50,505 nt of DNA from Hydrurus foetidus (taxonomy: Eukaryota). The notes below the pieces were generated by a model. It searched no databases. It was not told the DNA's origin and saw only the letters and a program-made list of their open reading frames with translations. The stretch lies in the NCBI GenBank assembly GCA_900617105.1, contig UYFQ01000529.1, positions 1 through 50,505 of the forward strand. The letters run 5' to 3'. Made by a program: the position numbers and the translations under genes. Positions 10,253 to 23,200 of the stretch are shown here, piece by piece (positions within the stretch are counted from its first letter, which is position 1; each line of letters starts with the position of its first letter).

Positions 10253-12026
10253 ATGCAAACTATGCTCAACCCTGCTGTGATGCTTTTTGTCGATGATAGC
10301 AGGCGGTTCACAATATTCAAACATTTGGGGATTGAGATGACGCTAGTGAATGCTGAAATTCTTAACGGGAATGCACCAATATCACTGTTTAATGAGTTCA
10401 TAAGTGGTGGGGGACCCTTGGTGTTCGTACTCTTGGCTGCCCTCTGCATCACATCAATGCGTTTAGTTTTATATGTTGCAAAGTCAAAAGCCTCTTCCGT
10501 TCGTCACAATTACGCTCTGATACTGGCAGAAATTTTCGCGGTCTCCATATTTCTCGTTCCTGCTTTACTACCATTCAGGGCAGCGAGATTTGTTTGCGGT
10601 CTCCTATCGTTCGCACTTTTCATGAGCTTACACAGCAAAGTTATCAGTAAACCTGAGCCGAATGGAGATTTAATCTCTCATGTACTGAACGCTCTGACTT
10701 TCAACACGAAGGAGTTCATGACGATCAGTACGGAATCCAGACTACCGAGTACATTAACTTTTATGCGATATATGACACTCTTAGCTCTCTTAGATGGTTG
10801 CACATACCTTATTTGCGAGTTTATTCCGTTCAACATATCGAGCGTCAGTGCGGCCAGTGCTATTTCGTTAGCGACTGGATTCTGGGCCTACTTTTCTCTG
10901 GAGTTCAACTATACGCAATCAAGAATATTATGCGGCCTTTTCGGGTATCAGCTACCTCTGAATTTGACACACAAGAATCCTTTTATGTCTATATCCTTAT
11001 CTGAGTTTTGGGGAGTGAGGTGGAATCCGATTATTTGCAAACTCTTACAAACATCATTCTACAAACCCTTCCGGAAAATGGGCATTGCGAGAGCCATATG
11101 CGTGATATCATGCTTCATAGGCAGTGGACTCCTACACGCCATACCAATATTCTTTAGCGATCACAATATCAAAGATACGCTGCTGATGGGGGGCTTCTTT
11201 GTAGTGCAAGGCATCTTGGTACTCTCCGAGCAAATCTTCTTCTCTATGATGGGATGGAATGACAAATCAGCGCACAGTCAGTCAACCCAGGTGACTGCAG
11301 TTGAAGGCAGCGACACAGATGCCAAAGCTTTCTTTGAGTTACTTCCTTACATAGGAGAAGGATTTCAAATGCTCGGTGCTTTTGGACTCTTCTACTGCTT
11401 CAGCGAGGGAAAGTCATCGCTGAAGCAACTATCAATTCCCATCTCTTTGTTGATAGGATCTCTATGTGTAATGCTTGCAGTCCAGTTACCCAAAGTCCTT
11501 GACCAGTACCCAGTGACAGATGTGAGCGATGCACCTGTACCGATGTCACTCCAATCAACTAGCATCGAGAACACTACTGTGGAAGATGTTCCAGAGAAGA
11601 ATCCAGTGCCATCATCTACTTCATGCAAATCCGTTGCGTCCGTGGACTCATACACCTCTGTGGCAGATATAGGAAATCTTTTCTCAAATGACGTCAAGAA
11701 ATGCTTCCTTCACTTCATCAGAGAAGCTGCTCGAAATCTCATCTCAAGAACTCTTGCAGCTCGCGTCTAATGCACTGTTAGATGAATCGGTTGGAGGGCT
11801 GAAGAGGAAAGTCCCAGATAAGCGAAGCTTTCCGAAAAACAATAGAAAACGCCTGATTGCACTTTCGATCTGGATTATTTGTGGGTGGTTGTGGACAGTA
11901 GGGAGTATAGCATTAGTGCTGCCAATGTTTGCAATTCCCGTGCATAATGTCATGTCAAACCTGTACCACCAGTCTATATTCTTCGGGCCAGTTGTGCGCT
12001 CTATGCAGTATGTTGGTTGGTTTTGA
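10253..12026 (+). CDS. MBOAT-family membrane O-acyltransferase (wax synthase-like)
   Basis: Many TM segments; NPFMSISLSEFWGVRWN and FIGSGLLHA motifs. The last TM segment (GWLWTVGSIALVLPMF) is in ORF 11688-12026, so an intron or frameshift lies near 11670-11700. Start codon uncertain. Confidence 0.8.
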
Positions 12027-12684
12027 AGGAATGTGTATGCGAGCGCTCTCATATCACCGATGGTGCATATGAGAGATGCAGCGATTCTATATGACGTATG
12101 TCAATGATTATGAAGTCGAATATTGCGACCAGGTGTTTTTAAGAAGAATTGCAGTTATAGTTTACCTACCGAGCATTTTACTCAATTCTTTTATATAGTG
12201 ACAATTTATTGATATTTTATACCCATTCACGGTGAAAAAAATACAGTCTGACGGCAATTAGGATGCCCAAGATGTTATGAAAACAACTAAGAAAAATTAC
12301 ATTTGAGAACTAGCTTGTCAACGAGAGAACCAGAAGTGAATCGAACGACCAAGACCGCACTTCCACAAAAAGAAGATGGTGCGCTAACATAAGACAGCCA
12401 GGCCTGCCATCGATCACCTTCATATCACACCCAGTAACGCTCTAGTTTCTGCTGGTTGGACTGAAGATTTTAAAGAAGGAACACGCGTATGCGCCCGCAG
12501 AATATAGAATATAGCCGTTGATAATTCACGTCTCAGGTTTCTGGATATTTTTTGTAGGGCTACCAGAAATAATGCGACGCATCCATAGACTACTTGGATT
12601 CTACCCATAATAGTATTTTCCTGCCGAAAACAAGTGATTCGAATCCCACTAAATCGCGCCGCCAGTTCCTGCATCTGAAGTATC

Positions 12685-15600
12685 ATGGCACAGTTGATAG
12701 AATTTGGAAGAATTGTAATTGCCAAAAAAGGTATAAGATAGCCAATCGTAATGATTTACCTTCATTCGCACTGTGGATTGACAGTGAATGACGATGCTAT
12801 GTTTACACATGCAGATGGCACTGATGGAGCTGTCTTCAGCGTAACTAATGAAGTGAAAATAGGGCGCGATAAAGACTCCGATATCCGCGTCAAAATTCCA
12901 TCCGTCTCGCGGAATCATGCACGAGTTTATCAAGATGAGAATGGCAACGTAAGTCGACATTCTTTCTACTCTCCCCAAATCAGACTTCCATCTTTTGTAT
13001 ATTCCTAACGATGACACCTCCTCCAGTGTGCTATTCAAAACATTTCAGTCACAAATATTACAACTGTTAATGGGGAATTCGTCAAAGATTTCGTGTCCTT
13101 GAAAGACGGCGATGTCTTCTGCCTCGGCGATAGAGAGTTCACATTTCGCAATGGAGGTAAGGAATAGATGTACCACTCATGATTAGCTACGACTACTGAT
13201 TATCAATTGACTCCTAAATTACTCAATGTAGTTTCCGATAAGAAGATCTTAAATGACTCGGTGAACGGAGGACTTGTCGTTCGCCACACTCCTATTACAG
13301 AGGGTGCTGATGAGAATCAGACACTTGACTTCTCAAAATGTCCGGCTATGAAAGCTGCCAGAGGACTGCCTCTCACACCCATTCAAGAAATCTTAAACGA
13401 AAATCATACGCCACAGACAAAAGTTCAAATTATGAAAGCGGCTACACCGATCGTTCCTGCAGCTGCAGTATTACCTGCATCTGGGGTGAAAAATGCGAAC
13501 TCTGTCCCTCGTAGGAAAAGCCTACGGACCAGTGCGTCTGCAGAATTACCAACAGAAGCATCGCAGTCTTCTGGAAAATCTTTACAGGAGCTCAACGCAT
13601 CAACAGTAAAGCAGCTAAATGAGAACATAAAAGCTGCTATAATTGAGAGAAGGAAGAGTTATAGCGCTTTAGGTTCGGCCAAAAGCCCAAAGAGTGTTAA
13701 GGTCAAAACGCCATTAAGGAAGTCTACTGTGCCAGTTGCCAGCGATGTCGTTGACCAGGCTGCACAGACTCAGAACCTTATCACTGTCGTTAATGCTCGT
13801 CGTAAAAGCATCGCTTCAATTACTGCTGTGATAGAGGAAGTTGTGACTGTCTGTTGCACTTCTGAAGTCGAAGTTGAAGCGTCTGAGTGTGGCAGACAGA
13901 CACCGAGTAAGAATCACACGCTTGCGCACTCAGAGGGCAAAACGCCCCTAACGAGTGACAGTGCAACTGCAGTGCAGTCAGCCCCCACTGATGCACCGAT
14001 TGTTGAGGACGAGGTGTCAGCAGAGAGTGTAGGACCAGAGCCCTTCTCTCCCTTGAAACAAGCCATCAATGCACGCCGTAGAAGCTCCCTTCCATTCGAA
14101 TTGTTTGATGACTCAGCACCACTCGAATCCGCATCCACTTTCACAGGTGTGACAATCGTCATCCCAGCGATAAAGAGAGACCACTCGAAGCAATTTTCGA
14201 CTACATCCATCAGCAGACGTGTGAGTATTGGAAGCCGCCCTGCGGTGGCTCGCGATGTTGCATCGAAGAGAAAATCAATCGCTGCCCCGACATCACGCAA
14301 CCCAGTGAAAATCGCTGAGAAGCCAATCAACTCCTGCATCATCGCTGAGCTGACTGTGGATGAAGACGTCTCTCTCATCTGCAAGTCGAAGGATAGACAG
14401 AGCATACTCTCCCTCCCTTCCAACGAACTCAAGAGACGTCAGTCAGACGTATCCCTTCCAGCTCCTCTCAACACTCCGGTTAAACATTCCGAGAAGAAGA
14501 GTGTCGCACTGAAACAGGCTCTGTGTGTGCAATTGGCTGTGGATGCTTTTGCCAGTGAATTAGAGATGCAGGTGTGTTGCGCTACTGCACATGCGTCTAT
14601 TGCACATCCCCTCGATTCTTAGTTACGTTTCACTCTATTCTTATTTGATATCATGCTTGTTAGCTTATTTTATTTGTTGCAAACTGACGTTGTAGCATTT
14701 GTATCATACGTACGTGTTTACAGGGCGTTCCACCAGGCATCGCATACGCTCAAGCTATCGACGCTTATCTCCTCAATCCCTCTGCCTTCAGTCCTATGAA
14801 ACCAATGGCAAGTAAAGGTAACAATAAATCATACAACGTGCCAACATTATTTCACTACAACTACTTTCCGTGATTTTTCGTCGTAAATACGGAATATTTC
14901 CTTCATTATGTTAGGACCAAGAAGAAGAGATTCTCTCCTTGCATCTCTTGAGAAAAAAGCAGCCCCAACGGGCCGGTCCATTTTTGCCGGTTCGCACAGC
15001 GAGACGGAATTATCTTGTGACCTAATTTCTTCCCTCACGGACGGTGACATGGACATCATCGAGTCGTATGCATCACGGCTGCAAGAGACCATGAGTGGAG
15101 ATGCTGACGAGGCGTATGCTGTTGCTCTCGATGCATATGTCAGAGGTGAGTGAAATGCCATCTATTTTATTTTTAGTCATTTTTGAAGGTCAACTTATCA
15201 CACATTTCTTCACACAGAAAATTTACTTATTTTGGATTTTTCGCAACACTTTTTTACACGTTTTTTCGTATTTCATATCCAGCATACCTAATCTATGGAC
15301 ACATCTACTATGCAATATTTTCAGGTGTAGAGCACTGTCACAAAAACGTGAAAGTTACCGAAGATTTCAATGCTGTAACAACATCAGTCTCTCCGGAGAC
15401 AGTTATGGAAGTAGCACCTATTTTGATGGAAACTGTTAAATGCGTCGAGGAACCGGAACCAATTGTGGAATCTGAAATCCTTGGGTGCGAGATCCCTCCT
15501 CTGACCCTTGTCAACGGTCAGTACAATCATTCTTTGATTATCTTAATGATTTTCTTCTTTCAGAATTAAAGCTATTCCGCTCTGTTCTATGCTATGGTAG

Positions 15601-18600
15601 GCTGTAACTGACTTTCCTTCCATTTACTATCCTATCCTATCCTATCCTTTTCAGTACCAAGCATTACGATGATAATGGCGACAACAATAGCAACAGTGAT
15701 ACCAATAATAACTACATTAATAATATTTCTCCACTGCTGCAGATGAGCTGTGTCTAGGAGCCAGTCTGAGGGCCCTGTTCGATCTTCCCGAAGATTACGA
15801 AGGAAGAGGAGAGTCAGACAATGACGAGGCATTGGTGTCCAGATACGCACAAGGTAACGTGTGATGATTTTTGATTTTTTTACTTTGTGTGACATACTAC
15901 CAAGACAGAATAAAATATCCGATAAGTATGAACGAATCCAAGGTGGAAATGGTGATTTCAACAGTGCTCAAACCTGTTTCCGTTCTTTGTTTCAAACATT
16001 TATCCTGTCCTGGTAGTATGTGATGCGTTCTTATGATGACGTGCGATGGTTGCTATCCTTTGTGCGATACAAACACTGTCTTATCATTTACTACCCTTCG
16101 AAAGTATTCAAACTCAGTGGACTGCATTGACGAATGTATTCGTGATTCTTTTTCTTTCGACTTAAGTCGCAACAGTATTTCTGTATTCACTTTTAATTCA
16201 ACATACGATCTTTTCTTAATAATTCTCTGTGATCATCACAGATCTCCTCGAAGACGCCTGCATCGATGCTGCTGTGGCGTACGGCATCGCCCTGGACACC
16301 TTCCTAGGTACGTACACATACCCACACTATCCAGTGATTGGTATTATTATAGCTGCTGTATTTTTATAGTGTGCGTACGTATTGTGCTGTGCTGTCCAAT
16401 AGAGTGTTCTGTTTTTCTTAAATCTGACTTTTTAAATCTGACTTGATTGTTTTGTTGTCATACATGTGTAGGCACAGTCTGAACCATGTGGCTCTTGTAT
16501 TGTATTATCTCGTTTTCTACTTTCCTTAATATATTTCCCATTCTCTTACTTTGTTCATTATGTCTCTCGCATGGTTACCATTGTCTTGCTCTAATTCTCG
16601 TTTTGTATATTTGCCTCTACTTCTGCTCAATTATTTTGACATCTCAGCGGACCCTGTTGCGTTTCGCCATCACATCGGAGGAGTCAAGTCGAGACTCATG
16701 GAATTAAGGTCTCCGGTTCGCACACCCGAGATCGACTTCGACTTCTACTACCAGGACGAGTACTACTCTCCGTGTAAATCCACAGAGAAGAAGCCGATGC
16801 AGTCAGTCCCTAACTCTCACATCTTCTTCGCCTCTCCGAATCCTATCACATCTCCCATTAAAATATCCCCCCTCTGTGAGAACGGAGAGGACGGGGATGA
16901 CGACGTGGCATTGGCCGTAAATACTACGGCTATCCCGTTACTTCTTGCATCTCTTCCGGCTTCCCCTGTCAAGGTATTAGAGGCTGTAGAAATAATGGAT
17001 ATAGCCGTTGAATCTTCCGTTACACCCGGTGTAATTGAGGTAGCAGTTGAGACTGAAAGTGAGGGTGTCGCTGTGTGTCCCACAACACCTTCACGCGCAT
17101 GCTTCACATCAGCTTTCTCAGTCATCAAATCTGCCAAGAAAAGTCCCTACCTCAACAAAGCGACCCCTGCCAAGACACCATGTGATGCAGCTGTGGTGGA
17201 TAAGATGGCTGTCGTGCATAGTGAGGCGATGGAGGTGGTGCAGGCGCCAGAGACTGACTCAGTCATTGTTGAGGATGAGACGTCTAGTGTCACCGAGGTA
17301 CGTGCAGTGCGTGCCAATTGATATTTATGATTGACACACTGATGATTGTAAGTCATTGCTCAAGTCATGGCATCTCAATTCTCAATAATTTCTACGATGA
17401 CTTCCACAACATAAAACATCCATTCTTGAATTATCTTCCACCCTACGTTTTCTTTGACACAGGCGCACACCAGTCCTGTTCAAGTTCAAGAAGCATGGTT
17501 GGTATCAGCCGCTGCCACATTGAAGAAAAGCCTCCCGCCAACTTCTGCCAAAAAATCACCTTTCAAATCAGCCAAAAAAATCAAGGAATTGACCCCCAGA
17601 CAATCTGGTCCGAGACCCCAATTTAGTACAGCATTAACAGCCGTGAATTTATTCACTGAGGCTGCGGAGAGTGTAGTTGCTGAGGTTGTGATTGAGGAGG
17701 TGCAGGAGAGTGTTGAGAGTGATTTGGAGATTATGCCGGTAGCGGAAGAAATCACACCGGCCATTCAAGAAGAGGTAGTGTTTGCTGAGAAAGAGGTAGA
17801 GACTGTTCAAGAAGAGGTAGTGTTTGCTGAGAAAGAGGGAGAGACTGTTCAAGAAGAGGTAGTGCTTGCTGAGAAAGAGGTAGAGACTGTTCAAGAAGAG
17901 GTAGTGCTTGCTGAGAAAGAGGTAGAGACTGTTCAAGAAGAGGTAGTGCTTGCTGAGAAAGAGGGAGAGACTGTTCAAGAAGAGGTTGAGACTCTCAGTG
18001 AGGTAGTCGCTGAATGCGATCAACAAGATGTCCCACAGCAAGTGATTGTTGTCGAGTCAGCATCAGTAGCCGACATTCCTTCCACTATATCCGACATCAT
18101 CACGGAATCTTCGATCCAAGGTCCTATTGCTGAGTCACTCCCAATTGAAGTTGAAGTGAAAATCCTTCCAGCTGTGGAGATTAAAAGTGCTGACTCGACA
18201 CCTTTACCGGTGACCCGTAAGAGAGGAAAGAATTCGGCCGTGAAGAGTACGGCTAAAAAGGCCGTGTGTTCGGAATTATCTCTACCCGCTGTAGAGGAGT
18301 TGGAGGTCATTGTGGAGGAAGCGCCAGTAGCCATTATTGAGCAGGTTGTTGAAGTTGAGATTGTTCCTAACGATATCCCAGCAGAACAAGTGCAAGTTGA
18401 AGCTCAAGTCATCGCTACTGCGCCAACGCCAAGAAGAACTACAAGACAAAAGAACGTCACACCCATTATCCGAGCTGAAGAAGTCTGCATCAAAGTTACA
18501 CGGTCCTCTAAGAAAGTCGCCGCTTCAACTGGTGCTGTTCTCTCTGACATTTGTTCTTCCGAAACAGAGAATGTTCCTGAGAACATTGTGGCAGTTGAAA

Positions 18601-19535
18601 TTGAATCCGAAGTCCCTGTTGTTGAGACTCAAGTTGAGGTTGCAGTGGTTCAAATTGAAATTGCTCTAGCTGAAGTACCAGTTGCGAAAGGCAGAGGAAA
18701 GAGATCAAATTCAATCGTCACTGCAAGCGCTGTTGAAATTCCTTCCACTCTCAAGAGAAGCAGAAGGGGTCAGCCTTCGGAATCGGATGACGCACTTGAA
18801 ATCCCAGTGACTGTGCCATCCGATCTCATCGCTTCCGCAGAAAAAAATGTTTCCGAATGTTCTGCTGTGGCCTTACCAACCCCTTCTAGATCAGCCGGAC
18901 GCCCGGCTAGATCTTCAAAGAAAGTCGTGCAACCGGTTGAAATCTGTGAGGTTGAAGTCCCAGTTCCTAAAGGGAGGGGTAGAGGTAGAGGTAAGAACGT
19001 TCTGCAGGCTATTGAATTGGAAGATGAAGTCGAGGATGAAGAGGAGGAGGAGGAAGCTATGGCTCTGTTATGTGACGGGTGAGTCAAACTGCGAAGTTGT
19101 CCGTGCATGTCATATCGTTGACGCTTGTGTGTGTACACTTCCTTACGAGCAAATCAATTATTTCATCGATTCATTAGGACATGATAACTTGACTGACGAT
19201 TACCTGTAGTGTCCTTTCTTTCGTTCTGTCCTAATCTTTTTTTGAATCATAGATGTGACGCTGAACACTTTTTGGATAAACTTGGACTTGACAAGATTCC
19301 GGAAGGAGACTGGTTTTGCAATGACTGTGTGGAGAAAAAAAGTGTCGCGCCACAAAGTGCGAAAAAAGTTTCAAAAGTTTCCGTGAAAACAGCTGCCAAA
19401 TCAACTTCAACTCCGCAGAAAAAAACGGAAAAATCAGTTGTCGAAACTGGAGTGGTAGTGTCGCGTAAAAGAGGGACGGAAGCTGTGCTTTTTTCTCCCG
19501 CCCCGGAGGGACGAAGAAGTGCCAGACTTCACTGA
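12685..19535 (+). CDS. Large multi-exon protein: Ki-67-type N-terminal FHA domain, long disordered S/T-P and E/V-rich body, degenerate C-terminal PHD finger
   Basis: Exons 12685-12730, 12815-12948, 13027-13156 (GT-AG) splice to MAQLIEFGRIVIAKKDGTDGAVFSVTNEVKIGRDKDSDIRVKIPSVSRNHARV...NISVTNITTVNG...LKDGDVFCLGDREFTF. Continues via 13232-14571 and later exons to LLCDG/CDAEH...IPEGDWFCNDC. Confidence 0.8.
17766..17993 (+). repeat. Coding 42-bp tandem repeat, 5 full copies plus a partial (QEEVV[F/L]AEKE[V/G]ETV)
   Basis: CAAGAAGAGGTAGTG[T/C]TTGCTGAGAAAGAGG[T/G]AGAGACTGTT repeated nearly identically. Confidence 0.95.
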
Positions 19536-20201
19536 TGTGGCATAAACATGTCTATTTTCCATGTCCGTACGTTCTTATGAGTAGCTCTTTATTAGATTAA
19601 TTCACTGTCTTTTACTAGCTGTGTAGAACACGATATGAATCGCCGTAAATAATCCCACGGACGTCTGTGAACAATAACATGTCACCACATAAACAGCACA
19701 TACTGCATAAGATAAAGCTGGTATCACTTCTCTGGCTGAATTGAATTCTCCACAGGCAATGCATTTCTTTTATCCCAAATTAAAAACAACATTTTTTAAA
19801 AGTGTAGCAAAATTAAGTCGACCATTTTAAGCACCTCGATATTATTCATTAATCAACTTAATTAAAAAAAGATTTGGAGGGTCATTCTATCTTGTTCAAA
19901 TTTGTTGAGGGAATTTGAATTGGATTTTTTTGTTACAGATAACAATTACATGTACAGTTAGTTAGTTACATATTTGACAGTCTATGTTACTTACATTTAG
20001 TACACATCTTGGGGCAATTTTTTTCTGTCGACCATAAATGATTTGTGTTCGAATTGATTTGATCTTTCAGTCTATGAAGACAGGATACTGTGCAACCGTC
20101 AATTTCTTGTCGTATCCTATGTTCTAGAATTAACAATACCAAATCTCAGAAAAAAATGACTTCCTGCGCATTGAAATATTCGTACTTAGTACGTATTTAT
20201 C

Positions 20202-23200
20202 CTATTTGACGAAAATCTTTTTAACAACACCCGATGAGCCTCTCCCTTTCTTGCCACCTCTTTCTTGTCCTCGATCTCTACCTCTTTTTCCGAGTGATGA
20301 TGGTGCTTTGTCACGCACTGTATGAGACGATATTGTGAGTGGTAGCGATTAGAAAAGACAGTATTAGACTCAGAAGAAAATCGATTGATGGAGTCATAAA
20401 TTGCAACACATACGCACGCACGCACATATTTCATATTTATCACCTTCTGGGAAAGTTGGTCTGGAAGAGGAAGGTTCTTTTGAAAATGAAGCTTTCGCAT
20501 TGAGAAGAATCTTCTTCTTGGCCTGTCAGAAGAAGTAGAGATTTGTTAGGAAGTAGAGATTTGTTAGTGAGGTCAATGATAAAGAAAAATCGCGGCGATA
20601 AGGTAATGTAACGTATGTCTGTGTTAGAGTTGTGCGTACATCTTTTGACTTTCTCTTGTAGTCGATCACCAGTCGGTCTCTGGACTCCTTCCAATCCTCG
20701 AACAACTCCGCCTCACTCCTGAGGTGTAAGTATGGAGGTACGTGTATAAGTACGTGTATAAGTACGTGTATGTGTATGCGTGCATAATAGTATTTGTATA
20801 GGTAAGTCCGTGTATACGAGAATGTGTTTGTGTAAGTGTTCGTGAGAGCGAGTATTGCGTGAGTGTTGTGTGCGCTGATGCGTGTGGTGAGAAATTTAAT
20901 GTGTTGCGCATGGTGTAACGGGCAGATAGTGGTGTCACTTAGTGATTGATAATGACGTCACACTCAAAAGAAAAAAACAAAGTCATAAACCAACGCAAGC
21001 AGTATGTAATAAATTGACATGAATGAATAGCACTTAAGGTGCCACACTTCATATCGTCATATGCACACTCACAAACCCACACATTTAGTATAAACTTAAT
21101 CACACTCCAAAAGTATGAGATGTGCATCTACTGCTTGTGCTTCAGATCCGTATTTTGTATTTACCTGTCTCTACAGAATTTCTTCGCGTTCGCCATGACT
21201 TCTTTGAGGTTCATAAAAACAACAGCTAAAATTGAAAAGTTGCAATCAAATAAGTAGAAAGGTCAGTATTCATTTGGATCGTCTAATTCACAGGTAAGAC
21301 TGTGTGGCCAAAGTTATAGTAGTGGTGAAAAAAGAAAGTAGTGAGAAGTAGTTCCACCATTAAGTAAGAAACAAAACAAAAAATCGATGATTTCAAATCA
21401 GACAATTCAGCTCGACAGATCAGATACAAACCGATCCTATACAGTCATACTTGCAAGATGTTACCTTTTTCCTCCACTACAACTTCATCATCCATTTCCA
21501 TCGCCACACTATCACTTTCAGATCTCGATGGAATCTTGGAATCAAGATCCAAAGTCTTTGCAGAAACTTTCTTAACTGTTTTCTTCATTTCCAATTCTTC
21601 GATTACATCTATCGGATGAACAGTTTGGGGTATGGTAGTATTTGGTAGATCAGTCACTGGTGCTGAAAGACTGGTGCTGGCAGCAGCAGTGTCTGTCGCG
21701 AAATACTCTTCGAAGAATCCGAACGTCATTTTTGTCGAGTCGGTATTTTCTTTTCCAAGAGCAGATGAGAGAGAATGAGAACCACCCTGCCAACAAATAG
21801 GAAACATTGTTATCAAGTTGAAGATAAGTGGACATATGAAGCTTCTCAACGGCTACTGTAACGAAGTTCAGTGTTCAGCATATCACTGCAATACTTGTCT
21901 TTATCATGTTAAGTGAACAAATTGTATCAGTGCCATCATCCCGATTCTCGGACCTACATACCTGAGATTCTGAAGGCATTTCGTCTTGTCTTTTTTTCCG
22001 TATGTCGATGCCCATTTTTTCCGCTTCTCTGAATAACGGATCTTCCGCTATGTTTCCTTTGCTGACGGCATCGTTCAGTGTACCGTCATCACCCCACCAC
22101 ACACCACCCTGCGTAGGAGATTGTGTTAGATGTACCGGGTAAAATGCGGAATGTGCCGAATCCAGAATGAGTATTGGTGATGATAGTACAGAGGTGCTGA
22201 TTCAATTAGGACTGTGCAAGGAAGAAGGAAAGAAAAAAAGATTACAGAGATGGCTCTAAAAACGTGTACAAATGGGTAAAATCGAAATGAAGTCAGTCCT
22301 CTACAGAATACAAAATACAAAATACAAAATGCAACGAAAAGCCTGGAAGTGTAGAAGAGAAACGGATGATGAAAAGATGAATTATTGGAAATACCTCATG
22401 ACAGCAAGTGAAGATTTAGATACGTGTACTTTGATTCAACGTTGTATGACGATGGGGGTAGAAATTGATGATCTCCCACTCACCTCTTGGTGGAAGATGT
22501 TCTTCAAGCTGTCAAGGTTTGCAAAGTTATTCATACCCTTCTCCTCAGCATGAACAGCACTAGCAGATAATGACTGAGATTGAGCACTGGCAGCATCAGC
22601 CACCAACACAGCAGCAGCAGAGGCAGCAGCAGCATTTCTAGCCGCTTCATTTCTCAGCAATATTTGATCAACACTTAATAAAACTTTTGCAGATGTTTTT
22701 TTATTCTTGGGATCGAATCTTTGACTTTTTTCAGATTCCCATACATTCACAACCTTCAAATTTCCTTGTATCTGAAGAGCATTGTTCTTCTCACTGTTAT
22801 TTCCTTTCTCTACTTCCTTATCTTTTTCTTTATCACTGATAGAAACAGTAGAATTGAGTGTTTTTTTCTTGGGACCTTGGACCGAACTTGTGGAATCTAG
22901 TGCTGACGCGGCACTGCCTTTCATGATGGAGGCGAACATATCCATAGACCTAAAGGGATAATTAATGTAATTGGAAATTATTTCATGAATAAAATACGGA
23001 GGATAGTTACCGTGTGACGTTATTTGATATCTTATGCTAGAGAGAGGTTCTCTAAAGTAGGAGAAAGAATTCGATTGTACAGATGAAGTGTGTTAGCAGA
23101 GAGAGCGGGAAAGCAGTTTGGTGCACGATAGTGTGGAGCAGAGCATCATGATGTAGTGCACAGTAGTGGATAGTGGTTTATCAGCATCCTTCCTCCACTC

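Noticed and set aside
20186..20500. 104-aa ORF as the last exon of the NOL8-like gene
   Set aside because: Splice phase puts the last exon in another frame (VRDKAPSS...KIFVK, stop at 20202-20204).
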